This document shows positions 1 to 9,400 of a stretch of DNA of 47,832 nucleotides, piece by piece. Made by a program: the position numbers and the translations under genes. The stretch covers positions 1 to 47,832 of the IMG/VR virus record IMGVR_UViG_3300048858_000036; one strand, written 5' to 3'. Source of the stretch: a virus. Taxonomy: Duplodnaviria > Caudoviricetes. How positions within the stretch are numbered: the stretch's first letter is position 1; the number at the start of each line of letters is the position of its first letter. The notes beneath the pieces are model-generated. The model searched no databases, was not told the DNA's origin, and saw nothing but the letters and a program-made list of their open reading frames with translations.

Positions 1-109
1 CACCCTGCCCGTCGGGTCGCTGAGGGTTAACTTAATAGACACGGCTAAGCATGTAGGCCCGAAAGCGGAGTACTGGCGGACGGGGGTTCAAATCCCCCCG
101 GCTCCACCA
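1..109 (+). ncRNA. ssrA: tmRNA (ssrA), 3' portion only; 5' part lies outside the window
   Basis: Ends in a tRNA-like T-arm and acceptor with encoded CCA (GACGGGGGTTCAAATCCCCCCGGCTCCACCA). The upstream sequence (...GGCTAAGCATGTAG...) reads like the gammaproteobacterial tmRNA 3' region rather than a tRNA. Confidence 0.92.
84..109 (+). repeat. att core, left copy (GGGTTCAAATCCCCCCGGCTCCACCA)
   Basis: Exact 26-bp match to 42574-42599; equals the last 26 nt of ssrA. Confidence 0.95.
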
Positions 110-122
110 AACACACAATACA

Positions 123-135
123 AATCAAGCACTTA
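123..135 (+). promoter_or_regulatory. IHF-binding site in the att arm
   Basis: AATCAAGCACTTA matches the IHF consensus WATCAANNNNTTR exactly, starting 14 bp after the att core. Confidence 0.65.
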
Positions 136-159
136 GCGTTCTACGCAAGTGCTTTTTTT
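127..159 (+). terminator. Intrinsic terminator after ssrA, supplied by the phage
   Basis: AAGCACTT-A-GCG-TTCTA-CGC-AAGTGCTT hairpin running into a T tract. Confidence 0.8.
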
Positions 160-186
160 GTGTCTTTTAGGGCTGTTTTGGCTCGG

Positions 187-208
187 TAATGCCAGCTTAA
201 TGGCAGGC
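187..208 (+). repeat. Candidate integrase arm-type sites, left arm
   Basis: TAATGCCAGCT / TAATGGCAGGC tandem with 11-bp period; the same motif recurs at 42515-42536. Confidence 0.6.
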
Positions 209-248
209 TCAGCGTAACGATCAACAGCGTCGACTTACAGGATGTGAG

Positions 249-1001
249 ATGGATATCAAAAACAATCCCACCGGCCGCCTTCTTGACCTAATGGTTGTGG
301 CGCGTACATGGGGTGACAACCAGCCTGCCAGAAAAGTATGGGCGCAAGTCTTCCAATGCGAGCCCCAGGATACTGGTGCGATCCTTTTAGGACTTGCAGC
401 GTTGATCAACTTGGTTGCGCAGGCCAAGGCTGCAACCGAAACACATGTGACCAGAAATAGAGAACTATTCCTTGAGCCCTTCCCGAAACTCGAGGCGATG
501 CTGTCCAAGATCGCCCTCGACGGGGCGTGGCAGTCCTCAAAGGCATTTCTTGATGACCGGACGATCTCCTGCTTAGAGTTCGGCGATCACGAGCTGGCAC
601 AGCACTTCGGCACCACGGCCATGAACGCGGATCTTATCAGCCAGTTTCTGACAGATTTGGATCGACTGATTCAGCAATGTGTAGATGCGGATATTCCGGC
701 CGAGCTAAAAAAATTGTTTTGTAAGAACCTTGAAGATTTGCGGCGTGCGTTGATTGCGTACCGTATTTCGGGTGCGGATGGGCTTCAGGAGGAGATCGAC
801 AAGGTAGCCGGTTCCTTTGCTAGAAACAGTCAGTTGATTGAACAGGCGATTAAGGACGACGAACCGAGAAAACTAACCTCCTCGGTCTTTGATACGGTCG
901 GGAAGCTGAACGACTCAATACAGCTTGTTGCGTCAGTAGCCCCCTACGCCGCAATGCTAGCGGCGCCTTACACTCATCTGCTCGGGCCATTCGGGGGCTG
1001 A
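249..1001 (+). CDS. Hypothetical 250-aa helical protein (moron next to att)
   Basis: Long ORF with AGGA upstream, opposite to the late operon, no recognised motif. Confidence 0.8.
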   Translation: MDIKNNPTGRLLDLMVVARTWGDNQPARKVWAQVFQCEPQDTGAILLGLAALINLVAQAKAATETHVTRNRELFLEPFPKLEAMLSKIALDGAWQSSKAFLDDRTISCLEFGDHELAQHFGTTAMNADLISQFLTDLDRLIQQCVDADIPAELKKLFCKNLEDLRRALIAYRISGADGLQEEIDKVAGSFARNSQLIEQAIKDDEPRKLTSSVFDTVGKLNDSIQLVASVAPYAAMLAAPYTHLLGPFGG

Positions 1002-1158
1002 GCTAAATGGTGTGGATTAGCTGGCGTAAGAAGAATGCGCTTGAAGGGGCGTCCCAGCGCACTCCGGATACCCTGAAAACCCCTGGTGGGAACAGTGATT
1101 GGTACAAAAAGTGGTACGAGTTCTTGACCGCCGACTATCTCCTTAGCCTTTCAAAAGC

Positions 1159-1407
1159 GTGACTGCCATGACCACCGACGACCTCGTTATGCCTGCCGCT
1201 GTTCGCCAAGAGCTGGATCATCTGCTAGCCACAATCAAGCGCGCCATGACAAGCGATGAAGCAGAGCGAGCCGGCCTCCGTGCAGAAGGCTTTGTTCTGG
1301 GCGTCGAGCGATTGAAGGCGCTCCAACTTGTCTCCATCGAGGCGCTATACCTGCTTGTTGAGCAGGCTGTGGAGTTGCGATCCGGAGACCTAATAGCTCA
1401 AAAGTAG
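1159..1407 (+). CDS. Small hypothetical helical protein (alternative ATG start at 1168)
   Basis: 82-aa ORF with amphipathic helix pattern; same strand as its neighbours. Confidence 0.65.
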   Translation: MTAMTTDDLVMPAAVRQELDHLLATIKRAMTSDEAERAGLRAEGFVLGVERLKALQLVSIEALYLLVEQAVELRSGDLIAQK

Positions 1408-1485
1408 GCAGAGTCGCGACTGAAGTCTTTACCCTGCACGTGCTCGTGGTTACGATGCTAGCTCAAAGCCATCGGAGACCTGCAC

Positions 1486-1938
1486 ATGGACGCAAAAGCT
1501 CGCCTGATTCAAAAAATAAAAGAACGCGACCGCGAGATTGAAACAGCAGCCGCTACCCGTAACAGCGCTTTGAATTCGTTCAACAAGGACCTTGCCGAGT
1601 TGCATAACATGCTCCGAAGCCTCGTAGAGGATCTGCCGTCCGTCAAAATCGAATCGCTGGCGTCGATTGTCGATGGAGAAACCTTCAAGGATGGCAGCCT
1701 TTCAATCGAGCTTTATGGGAATGTCATGACGTTTGACGTTGCGAAAGAGGCGGGTAAGTTTGGATTGAATGTGACCAACATCTGGAGCCGTCGGACCTTT
1801 CTAACCCCTCTCCGCTTGCACCAGTGGGCCGGTAGCACGAATTCGGAAAGCTTCGTGCTTACAGATGATCTTATCTTGGAAAAATTGGAGGGCTTCGTAG
1901 AAAGTCCTGTTGCGAAACGCATCAATCTTTGGGATTGA
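1486..1938 (+). CDS. Hypothetical protein with N-terminal coiled coil
   Basis: GGAG RBS before ATG; heptad-like N-terminus followed by a beta-rich segment. Confidence 0.75.
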   Translation: MDAKARLIQKIKERDREIETAAATRNSALNSFNKDLAELHNMLRSLVEDLPSVKIESLASIVDGETFKDGSLSIELYGNVMTFDVAKEAGKFGLNVTNIWSRRTFLTPLRLHQWAGSTNSESFVLTDDLILEKLEGFVESPVAKRINLWD

Positions 1939-2040
1939 TCTTCGCCCTGATTTCCAACGCTCGCAATAGCATCGGTTGCGCCAATGGTCGATACATCGCG
2001 ACCGTTGACGCCTGGATACCCTCCTGATTGCCGCTGGAAA

Positions 2041-3285
2041 TCAGATCTTTCTGACTCCGATCTGGCCTACCTTGACCTTGGAATCAAGGGCGATTCCAGC
2101 AGCCAGGTAAAGGCCCATCCTCCAGCTGATCACGGTCTCAGTTAAGTCGAAGCTGTAGCGCTGAGTCTCAAGCGCCCCCTTCCAGTTCGCCGGCAGCGTG
2201 AACGGCTCTTGGTACTTGTCCATCGAGCGGTAATACAAGAGCGACGAGGCGCCGCCGACGGGCTTCGTGACGATCAGCTCAGCTTCCCATCCCAGAATGC
2301 CCCGGGTCGTTCCCACAATCTCCGGCGCGGCCACCATCTCGATGACGTCACCGACGACCAGGTTGCTCAGGGTCAGGTTCGCCGCTGGCTGGACGTAGAT
2401 GTATCCGCCGGCCGCCGCCATCGTCCCGCTTAGCTCAATGCACTGCGCCTCGCCGAATGCTGCCGGTTCCTTGTACCAGCGTGTCGCAACACCGGCCAGG
2501 CCAGAACCTGCGGCCTTGTGACTGTCCGCCAGCACCGAACCTGCCACCGGGTTGACGGCCGCATTGATGACGCCAGTGGTACCGGCCAGCAACGGGTTGG
2601 CATTGAGACAGCCGAAGGGACGAATCGCCGAGTACAGATCGGCGGCGTCAGTGGGCAGCGGCACGCCGAAGAACTCGAAATAGGCATTGATGATCGGCAC
2701 GCAGCGGGACTGAATGAAGTCCGCGCCGATCAGGTTCGGGTGCAGGTCATCGACCGTCATGGCCTGGGTGAAGCCATCCCAGATGTTCACAACCGGCACG
2801 AACTGCTTGACGTAGGTCAGCACCCAGTCCTTGTAAGCGATCGCGTCCGCCAGTGCCTGGCCGGTGAGTGCCTTGGTACCGAACCGCGGCGTGCCGGTGC
2901 CGACAATCAGGTACTTCCCGGGCGTGTTCTGGAACGCCGTGATGGCCTTCATCACGTTGGCCTTGCTGTCGGCGAGCGTCATCCCCGGCGTCGTGCTGTC
3001 GTTCGTGCGCGATAGCAGCATCCACAAATCGGCCGTCGCTGAAGTCAGGCAGGACGGCAGTCGTGGCATGAACTGTCCAGTGTGGTCGCCGACCTTTCCC
3101 TGGTTGTCCAGGTAGCTCGGGAACAGGCCGGTCTTTGCCGCGATGGCCCCGGCGTAGCCATAGGCTTCGGTGCCGAACGCCTTGGTGTCGATCGTGTGGC
3201 AGTTCGCGCTGAAGCTATCGCCCAACAGGCCAAGACCGCGACGGATGCGGCGCCGGGTCGGCTGCGCCTCGGCGAGCAGGGTCAT
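2041..3285 (-). CDS. SGNH/GDSL-family esterase with beta-rich C-terminal domain
   Basis: Block I LGDSFS, block II G (QGKVGD), block III N (RTNDS), block V DxxH (DDLHP). Overlaps the upstream gene by ATGA. Confidence 0.82.
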   Translation of the reverse strand: MTLLAEAQPTRRRIRRGLGLLGDSFSANCHTIDTKAFGTEAYGYAGAIAAKTGLFPSYLDNQGKVGDHTGQFMPRLPSCLTSATADLWMLLSRTNDSTTPGMTLADSKANVMKAITAFQNTPGKYLIVGTGTPRFGTKALTGQALADAIAYKDWVLTYVKQFVPVVNIWDGFTQAMTVDDLHPNLIGADFIQSRCVPIINAYFEFFGVPLPTDAADLYSAIRPFGCLNANPLLAGTTGVINAAVNPVAGSVLADSHKAAGSGLAGVATRWYKEPAAFGEAQCIELSGTMAAAGGYIYVQPAANLTLSNLVVGDVIEMVAAPEIVGTTRGILGWEAELIVTKPVGGASSLLYYRSMDKYQEPFTLPANWKGALETQRYSFDLTETVISWRMGLYLAAGIALDSKVKVGQIGVRKI

Positions 3286-3500
3286 GCGAACACCTCGAAT
3301 GCAGCGCCAGCAGATGGCACGAATCTTACCGTGGCCGGCGGGATGTTGAGTTGGTAAGCCCCGTCGTTCCAGAGGGTGTCGGACGTCACCCAGCTGTCGC
3401 CCATTTTGACCTGAATTGCGACCGAGCCGCCGTTCGCCTTTACGCCCAGAGTGACGCGCATCGCGCGCTCATAGGCCTCTTCTTTTGTCGTCGTTTGCAC
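3282..3500 (-). CDS. Small all-beta hypothetical protein
   Basis: GGAG RBS, GTG start, 4-bp overlap with the SGNH gene. Confidence 0.75.
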   Translation of the reverse strand: MQTTTKEEAYERAMRVTLGVKANGGSVAIQVKMGDSWVTSDTLWNDGAYQLNIPPATVRFVPSAGAAFEVFA

Positions 3501-3537
3501 AGCGCTCTCCGTTTGGGCGGGATATAGGTTGCCGGTA

Positions 3538-3963
3538 TCAGGGCACGTCGCGGAAGAAAACGTGGTTGCCCAGCTTCAGTGTCCGCGTCGCCTTCGCCGC
3601 CCAGTCCGGCGCCTTGGGCATAGTGGTCGCGTAGTAGTGGGTCGCGCCGCCAGTAGGGTCAGCCACCTTGCCGTCGATCACCTGGTCAGCAGCAATCCGG
3701 CACTGCGCCAGCTCGCGGAACGGTATCTGCCGGGCGCCGGTCAAGAACTGATAGTTCGGGTCGTTGCGGTTCCAGCAACTGAATTGGTATGGCTTCTGGC
3801 ATACCCCGGCGTAGCCCTCGCCCCACCACGACTTGTCTTTTCCGTCATCCACCCGGTTGCGGATCGTCCAGGCCACGGCCACCATCCCGGCCAATCCTTC
3901 CCCACGCGCCTCGCCCCACAGCGTGCGAGCCAGTACATCGCGATCTTTCTCAGTCACGGTCAT
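3538..3963 (-). CDS. Cell wall hydrolase (SleB/Hydrolase_2-like), likely endolysin
   Basis: LARTLWGEARGE, PYQFSCWN, DPTGGATHYY and GNHVFF motifs typical of this family. Confidence 0.88.
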   Translation of the reverse strand: MTVTEKDRDVLARTLWGEARGEGLAGMVAVAWTIRNRVDDGKDKSWWGEGYAGVCQKPYQFSCWNRNDPNYQFLTGARQIPFRELAQCRIAADQVIDGKVADPTGGATHYYATTMPKAPDWAAKATRTLKLGNHVFFRDVP

Positions 3964-3980
3964 AACTTTTCTCCAGGCAT

Positions 3981-4006
3981 AAAAAATCCCGCTCGATGGC
4001 GGGTTT
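3981..4006 (-). terminator. Intrinsic terminator after the tail fibre gene
   Basis: Minus strand CCCGC-CATCGA-GCGGG hairpin followed by ATTTTTT. Confidence 0.75.
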
Positions 4007-4025
4007 CGGTATTGCTGTGCTGCTG

Positions 4026-5405
4026 TTACGTGGCTGCAGGTTGGGCGGCGAGTTTCAGTGCGTTCACCTCGGCGCGCAGCTCCTTGATCGCACCCATCAG
4101 GTCCGTGATCAGAGCAATTGGCTCAAGTTGCTGGATGACGGGGTTGCCGGCCTCGTCCGTGCCGTCTTTTTCGCCGCTTACCGCAAGAGGGTTTACGGCC
4201 TGGGCTTCGTGAGCGATAAGACCCTGATAGGTCGTCCCGTCACCTCGGAACACGGCGCCGAACACCTTCTTCTGGAACGTCACAATGCGGTAGGCATCGA
4301 TACGATCAAGAAACGAGGGAACATCCGCGTCCTTCACGAACTTCTTGATACGGTAGTCGGACGTAAACAGGGACACGGAACCGACGTAGGTGGCATCGAT
4401 GTAAGCGTCAATGGCCGAGCCGGTCCAGTTGAAATTGTATACGGTGCCGCCGCGCGGGCCGCTGAAGCCCGATCTGCACCAGGTTCCGCTTGAGCCGAAG
4501 CGCCCAGCCAGGGTTAGGGTACCGGCGCTGTCATTGATCAACCGGACATCGTAGTCAGCGGCGCTGTTGTTGTAATGCCAGTCGATGTAGGGCGAAGCTG
4601 ATACAAGTTCCAACGAGGCCAGCGTAGGGGCCTGCGCAGGGCCAAGGCCAAGGGCTGTACGCGCCGCTGCGGCGGTGTTGCCACCGGTGCCCCCCGAGGC
4701 TATCCCGATAGGTGCACCGGTGACGCTCAAGGTCGGCACAGTCAACAGGCCGTCGTAGGAGTAGGTCATTGACGGTCCGGTGGCGGTGTTGCCCGCGTTC
4801 ACCGAGCGCCAGCTATAGCCGCCAAGTCCCCCGCCGCGGTTGACAATGAAATGCCCCTCGCCTTGGCTGGATGAGTTCCACCCAATGTATAGGCCCTGCT
4901 GGTTGTAAAGCGCCGCTGCCTGCTGCACACCTAACTCGGAGATCAGCACTCGACCGTCGGTTCGGCCTGTACCCCCTTTGGCGACTGGAACAGTGCTTTC
5001 CACCGAAACCGTGCCTAATCCCAGCCCGGTCCGCGCCGTCGCTGGGGTAGTGCCACCAGTACCGCCTTTGTCTACGGGCAAGGTGTCGAAATTGCCGGTC
5101 GTACCGAGCGCGGCCATCTTGTCGCCGAATTGCAGGCGCAGCTGGTTGAAGGCATCCACCAGGAGTTTTGGATAACCCTGAACTGGCATGACGGCGTACG
5201 TCGCGCCGCTCACAGTCACACCCTTGTAGGCCGGCAAGATCGAGATCACAGTCGGGCTGGCCACGTTGGTGATTTCGTAGCTCAAGCCGTCGGGGCCGAC
5301 GAAGGCATCCCCTACTCGCGCATTGGCGTCGAAAGCGGCGTTAGTGCCAGTCACCGCAGTTGATCCGTTTGTAACGGACACAGTCCCACCTCTGAGCCAA
5401 GGCAT
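4026..5405 (-). CDS. Tail fibre/spike with C-terminal intramolecular chaperone (Peptidase S74-like)
   Basis: Likely start MPWLRGG after GGAG; repeated GGTG...ARTxLGLG units; SDYRIKK cleavage motif, GLIAHEAQ and a terminal coiled coil. Confidence 0.88.
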   Translation of the reverse strand: MPWLRGGTVSVTNGSTAVTGTNAAFDANARVGDAFVGPDGLSYEITNVASPTVISILPAYKGVTVSGATYAVMPVQGYPKLLVDAFNQLRLQFGDKMAALGTTGNFDTLPVDKGGTGGTTPATARTGLGLGTVSVESTVPVAKGGTGRTDGRVLISELGVQQAAALYNQQGLYIGWNSSSQGEGHFIVNRGGGLGGYSWRSVNAGNTATGPSMTYSYDGLLTVPTLSVTGAPIGIASGGTGGNTAAAARTALGLGPAQAPTLASLELVSASPYIDWHYNNSAADYDVRLINDSAGTLTLAGRFGSSGTWCRSGFSGPRGGTVYNFNWTGSAIDAYIDATYVGSVSLFTSDYRIKKFVKDADVPSFLDRIDAYRIVTFQKKVFGAVFRGDGTTYQGLIAHEAQAVNPLAVSGEKDGTDEAGNPVIQQLEPIALITDLMGAIKELRAEVNALKLAAQPAAT

Positions 5406-5449
5406 CAGATATCTCCATTGATATTTTGGTTGGCGCAAATTGCGCAGCG

Positions 5450-6127
5450 CTACACGGCCAGCTTCGCAAACAATGCAGGTAAGAACAGAGTGTTTGGGTT
5501 ACTGAACCCCTCAGCAACCGCATAGAGTTTTCCGTTGGCAAAGTCCCAGAGAGTTCGAATATCTCTCCCGCCGACCACCCCATTTAACATTTTCATGCCG
5601 AACGAGTTAGCGAGTAGATATTCATTTTCTGGAAAGTTGAACGGTACAACGAAGAAGTTAGCGGCGCTGCCAGTGGGGCTTAATTCATAATGGTCATAGT
5701 TCCAATTCTGGAATGCGCGAGTGAACAACGCAGTAGGCGTACCGGTATCAAACAATAACCTGGACGATCCATCCCAAAGACGCATACCAAACGAGGCCAG
5801 CGGTTGGGCTCCAAAAGTCGCAGCAAAGTATCTTCCATTTGGCTTGGCGGTCTGGGTGCTGTAGGTCCGGACATAGAACCCCGTCCACGCCCCCGGTGAT
5901 CCAATAAGGCGAAAGAACTGAAACGCACCTATACCGAAGGTGTCTGGTCGACAAAAGACCATTGGTGGTTCCTGGCTCGTGATTACAACCGGGAACAACG
6001 TGCCGGAGCCTAACCCATTTTCTTCTGTCGGCGCATAGCGGCCCGTACAGATGACGTTCATCCTCGCGTACTCGGAATCCAGAGTTACCAAGCCAGCGTT
6101 GTTGATGAATTGCAGGCCGTAGCTCAT
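5450..6127 (-). CDS. Tail-tip associated hypothetical protein
   Basis: Internally duplicated (Y/F)G(L/M)xxxxxxG-like starts (MSYGLQF..., SFGMRLWDG); lies between J and the fibre; 1-bp stop/start overlap. Confidence 0.75.
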   Translation of the reverse strand: MSYGLQFINNAGLVTLDSEYARMNVICTGRYAPTEENGLGSGTLFPVVITSQEPPMVFCRPDTFGIGAFQFFRLIGSPGAWTGFYVRTYSTQTAKPNGRYFAATFGAQPLASFGMRLWDGSSRLLFDTGTPTALFTRAFQNWNYDHYELSPTGSAANFFVVPFNFPENEYLLANSFGMKMLNGVVGGRDIRTLWDFANGKLYAVAEGFSNPNTLFLPALFAKLAV

Positions 6128-6450
6128 CAGGCAAACCTTATAACGAATAGACGCATCGTGCCGCTTGCTGTGTAAGAGTCGGCAAAAGCACGGTTGAAGT
6201 TGTAAACGCGGGCAACGCCCTCAATCATTTCAGTTTCAAACTGCCGCGCATTTGCGAGACTGTAATCGCCGTTAGGCAGCACCACCGCTACGGAATTGCT
6301 CGCGTTGCAGCCGGGGACCGCAAAGGTCTGATTAGTCTTAGTTGCGCCGCTGAAAGTCACAAGTATGGAGAGTACAACCCGCATGGTGAACGAGTTTTCA
6401 TCCATCTGGAGCGCCCCATCGGCGCCCCATATCCTCATTCCATATGCCAT
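6127..6450 (-). CDS. Small tail-tip associated protein
   Basis: MAYGMRIWGADG start, directly downstream of J. Confidence 0.75.
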   Translation of the reverse strand: MAYGMRIWGADGALQMDENSFTMRVVLSILVTFSGATKTNQTFAVPGCNASNSVAVVLPNGDYSLANARQFETEMIEGVARVYNFNRAFADSYTASGTMRLFVIRFA

Positions 6451-6453
6451 CGC

Positions 6454-9400
6454 TTACCCCAAATAGCCCAGACGCACGCGTAGAACGTTGTTCACGTCGT
6501 ACACCGAGACGTTTTGCGAGTTGATTACCAACCGTCCCTGCCCCGGCACAATCCCGTTGATTTCAAGCGTTCCGTCCTTGTTCAGAATCCAGCCGCTCTG
6601 CCCCGCCACGTAGTTGGTCGAACTGATGTAGCTGCCAATTTTGGCGTTGGTGATGGTGCCGTCCTGGATGAACGTCGAGCCAAGAAACAGCTGACCTCCT
6701 TGGGCAACAAATGGCGTCGAGATCGCGCCGCCTGCAATGGAGTTCACAAGCGCAAATCGGTCGGCTGACAGCAGTATCTGGCTTTGTAACACCCCACCAA
6801 CATTTTCGATTCCCGCCCCAATCCCTGCCATTACGTACTGGCCGTTCGAATTAACCTGCAGCTTCACCGAATACATCGCCGACAGCTTGCCGTCAGTAGA
6901 GGCTTGGGCTTTGCTTACCGTTTGCACCGAAGAGCTCGCATCACTGGCCACCGCCTGCACCTGATCCAGCTTCGTGGACAGTGCACCATCTGCATCGGAT
7001 CGGGCCGTAGCCTCGGACCGAATCGCAGACTCATTGCTTCCAACGGCCGCCGACAGCGTCGTCAATTGCTGCGCGGTGGCCTGCTGGTTTGTAGCGACCG
7101 TGGTTTCAATGATGGTTATCTTCGATTCGTTGGTCCCGACGCGGGAATCCAGCGTCGTGATGCGCTGGGCCTGAGCGAAGTCCTGCTCAGTCCTTACCTT
7201 CACTTCCTGGGCGTAGCTGGCCGTCGCGTCCCACCCCTTCAACGCATCAGCCATCAAGCCTTCGATGGGATCATCACGGGTGGAAGCTTGGATCGCTTGC
7301 AGTTGCGATGCAGTCGAGGTCGTCTTGCCGTCGATGGTCGTGATGTCAGTCGTGTTCTTCGTGACCTGCGCGGCCAGGCCGTTGGCGGTTCGGATCGACT
7401 GGCCGCTGTTGACCCAGTAAGCCGGGTTCGGCGGTCCGTTTGATCCGTCGGCTTTGGCAGGCACGTCGATGATCGCCGTCCACAGGGTGTCGCCAACCCT
7501 GACCGTGTTGTCGCGCACATAGGCATCGGTCGGCACATAGGCCAGTGCGTCGACCAGATCACCGATCTCGTCCTTGATCTCGTTGATCCGCTCGTTCACC
7601 GAGCCCGGGCCGTCCCCGTCGATCAGATCAATGCGCTCGAGCAGATGTTGCCCGAGCTCCGTTTCCCCGATCTGGCCGGCGATCATGTCGAGGATCGCGC
7701 CAGCTTCTGAACTGGTCTGGCCCATCACTCCAATGCCGGCCGGGTACCACAGTCCGACATTCCCCGAGCGGTCGACCAGCCGAGCCCAGAAGAAGAATGT
7801 CACGCCGGCGCGCAGGCCTTGCATGTTGTACTCGGACTGCGGATAGGCCAAATCGCTGAGCTTTGTTGCGGCCGCACGGTCATTTGTCGGGCCATACCAG
7901 ATTTCGGTCCGCTGGGTGTCCTCCGCACCAGGTGGGAAAGTCCACTTTAGGTGGATGCCGAAGATCAGCGCCGACGCTGTAAGCGAGGTCACCGCTGGCG
8001 GCAAGCCCTCCTTGCCGTTCAGCTGGGTCAGGATCGAGCTGCGCCATACCGAGGAGATGTCATAGGCGCTGACTGCACGAACTCGCGCTAGGTAAGCCCC
8101 GGAATAGATGCCGACGATATCGACGCTGGTCCCGCCAGTGCGCTGCACCTTGATCCAGTTGCCGTTGTCCTTGCGCCACTCGACGTCATAGCCCACCGCG
8201 CCATTCACCGCGGGCCAGGCGATCGTCATGGTGGTGACAGCGAGGCCCTGGGCGATCGCCGTGGTCGAGGTCAGTGTCACGCTCGCCGGCGCCGGAACGA
8301 CGGTTAGAGGAATCACGCTGATCGGCCGCTCTTCCAAGCGCGCACCAGTGTCGATGTATGCGAACTTGCTCGGCTCGTATTGGAGCGCCGAGATCTCGTA
8401 GTCGCCTTCGGTGGTCCGTTTGGTGCTCAAAACACGGAACAGCGGGATGGCAAGGTCATCGGCGTCGAGTGCCCACTGAAGCTGCGGATTGGGCGTTTCG
8501 CTATATGCCGTGGTTACCGTGATCGCTCGGCCATTCACAGCCTGGACCGTGCGGGCTTGTGCTTGGCCGCTCGGAAGATTGATGATCAACCGGTCGCCGA
8601 CCTTCGCCGCGGTGTCTCGGTCCAGCGTCACCACGCGCCCAGAGGCGGCAGAGATCCGCCCACCAACTTCGCGGCCAGCGATCACTGAGTCAGCCACCGG
8701 GATGATGTAGCCCGGCAGCGGTATTGCGCCTTCCATGCCTGTCTTGAACGTGACAGTCCGATCTTGGTTGTTGCTCATCACCACCCATTTACCGCGGCGC
8801 TGAGCCTCCGACGCCCGAGTACAACCGATCGCGCTGATCTCGACAGGCTTGTCCTCAAAACGCCGCTGCAGCTTCAGGTCCGAGTAAGCCGTCACGTCGG
8901 TGTCGTAGTTGTTAGCCGGGTTGTCGTAGCTGACGATCGCGCGCGTGTAGCGTGTTTTTGCCGAGGCACTGCCGTAGTCCATCTCCCCGCCAATCACGTT
9001 GGCCCGGGTGAACACGTAGTCGAAGTCCTGCGCGCGCGGCATGTCCGCCTGCATCACGAGCTGGCCCTGCGCCCAGTAAGTCATGCCCCGGTAAATCGCC
9101 GAGATGTCGCGCAGCAGCGTCCAGGCATCGGCCTTGCCCTGAAGGTTCATGTCACAGAGAAAGCGTGGCTCCTGCCCACCGATACCGTCCGACACCAGCT
9201 GGTCGCAATACTGGGCAATCCGATATAGCTCCCACTTGTCGACCATGTAGGGCTTGATGCGCTTGCCAAGTCCGAAGCGATCTACCGTGCAGATGCCGTA
9301 GGTGACCCACGCAGGGTTGTTGGTCCATGCTTGCTTAAAGGTCCCGTCCCAGACGCCGGTATAGGAGCGTGCGACCGGGTCGTAGTTGCTTGGGACCTGC

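Noticed and set aside
1066-2022. GGATACCCT at 1066 and 2014 bracketing two morons
   Set aside because: A 9-bp match with no further similarity is too weak to call a target duplication or recombination site.
3964-6453. Possible invertible tail-fibre cassette served by the internal recombinase
   Set aside because: All genes are co-oriented, there is no silent inverted fibre end, and I saw no flanking inverted repeats by eye.
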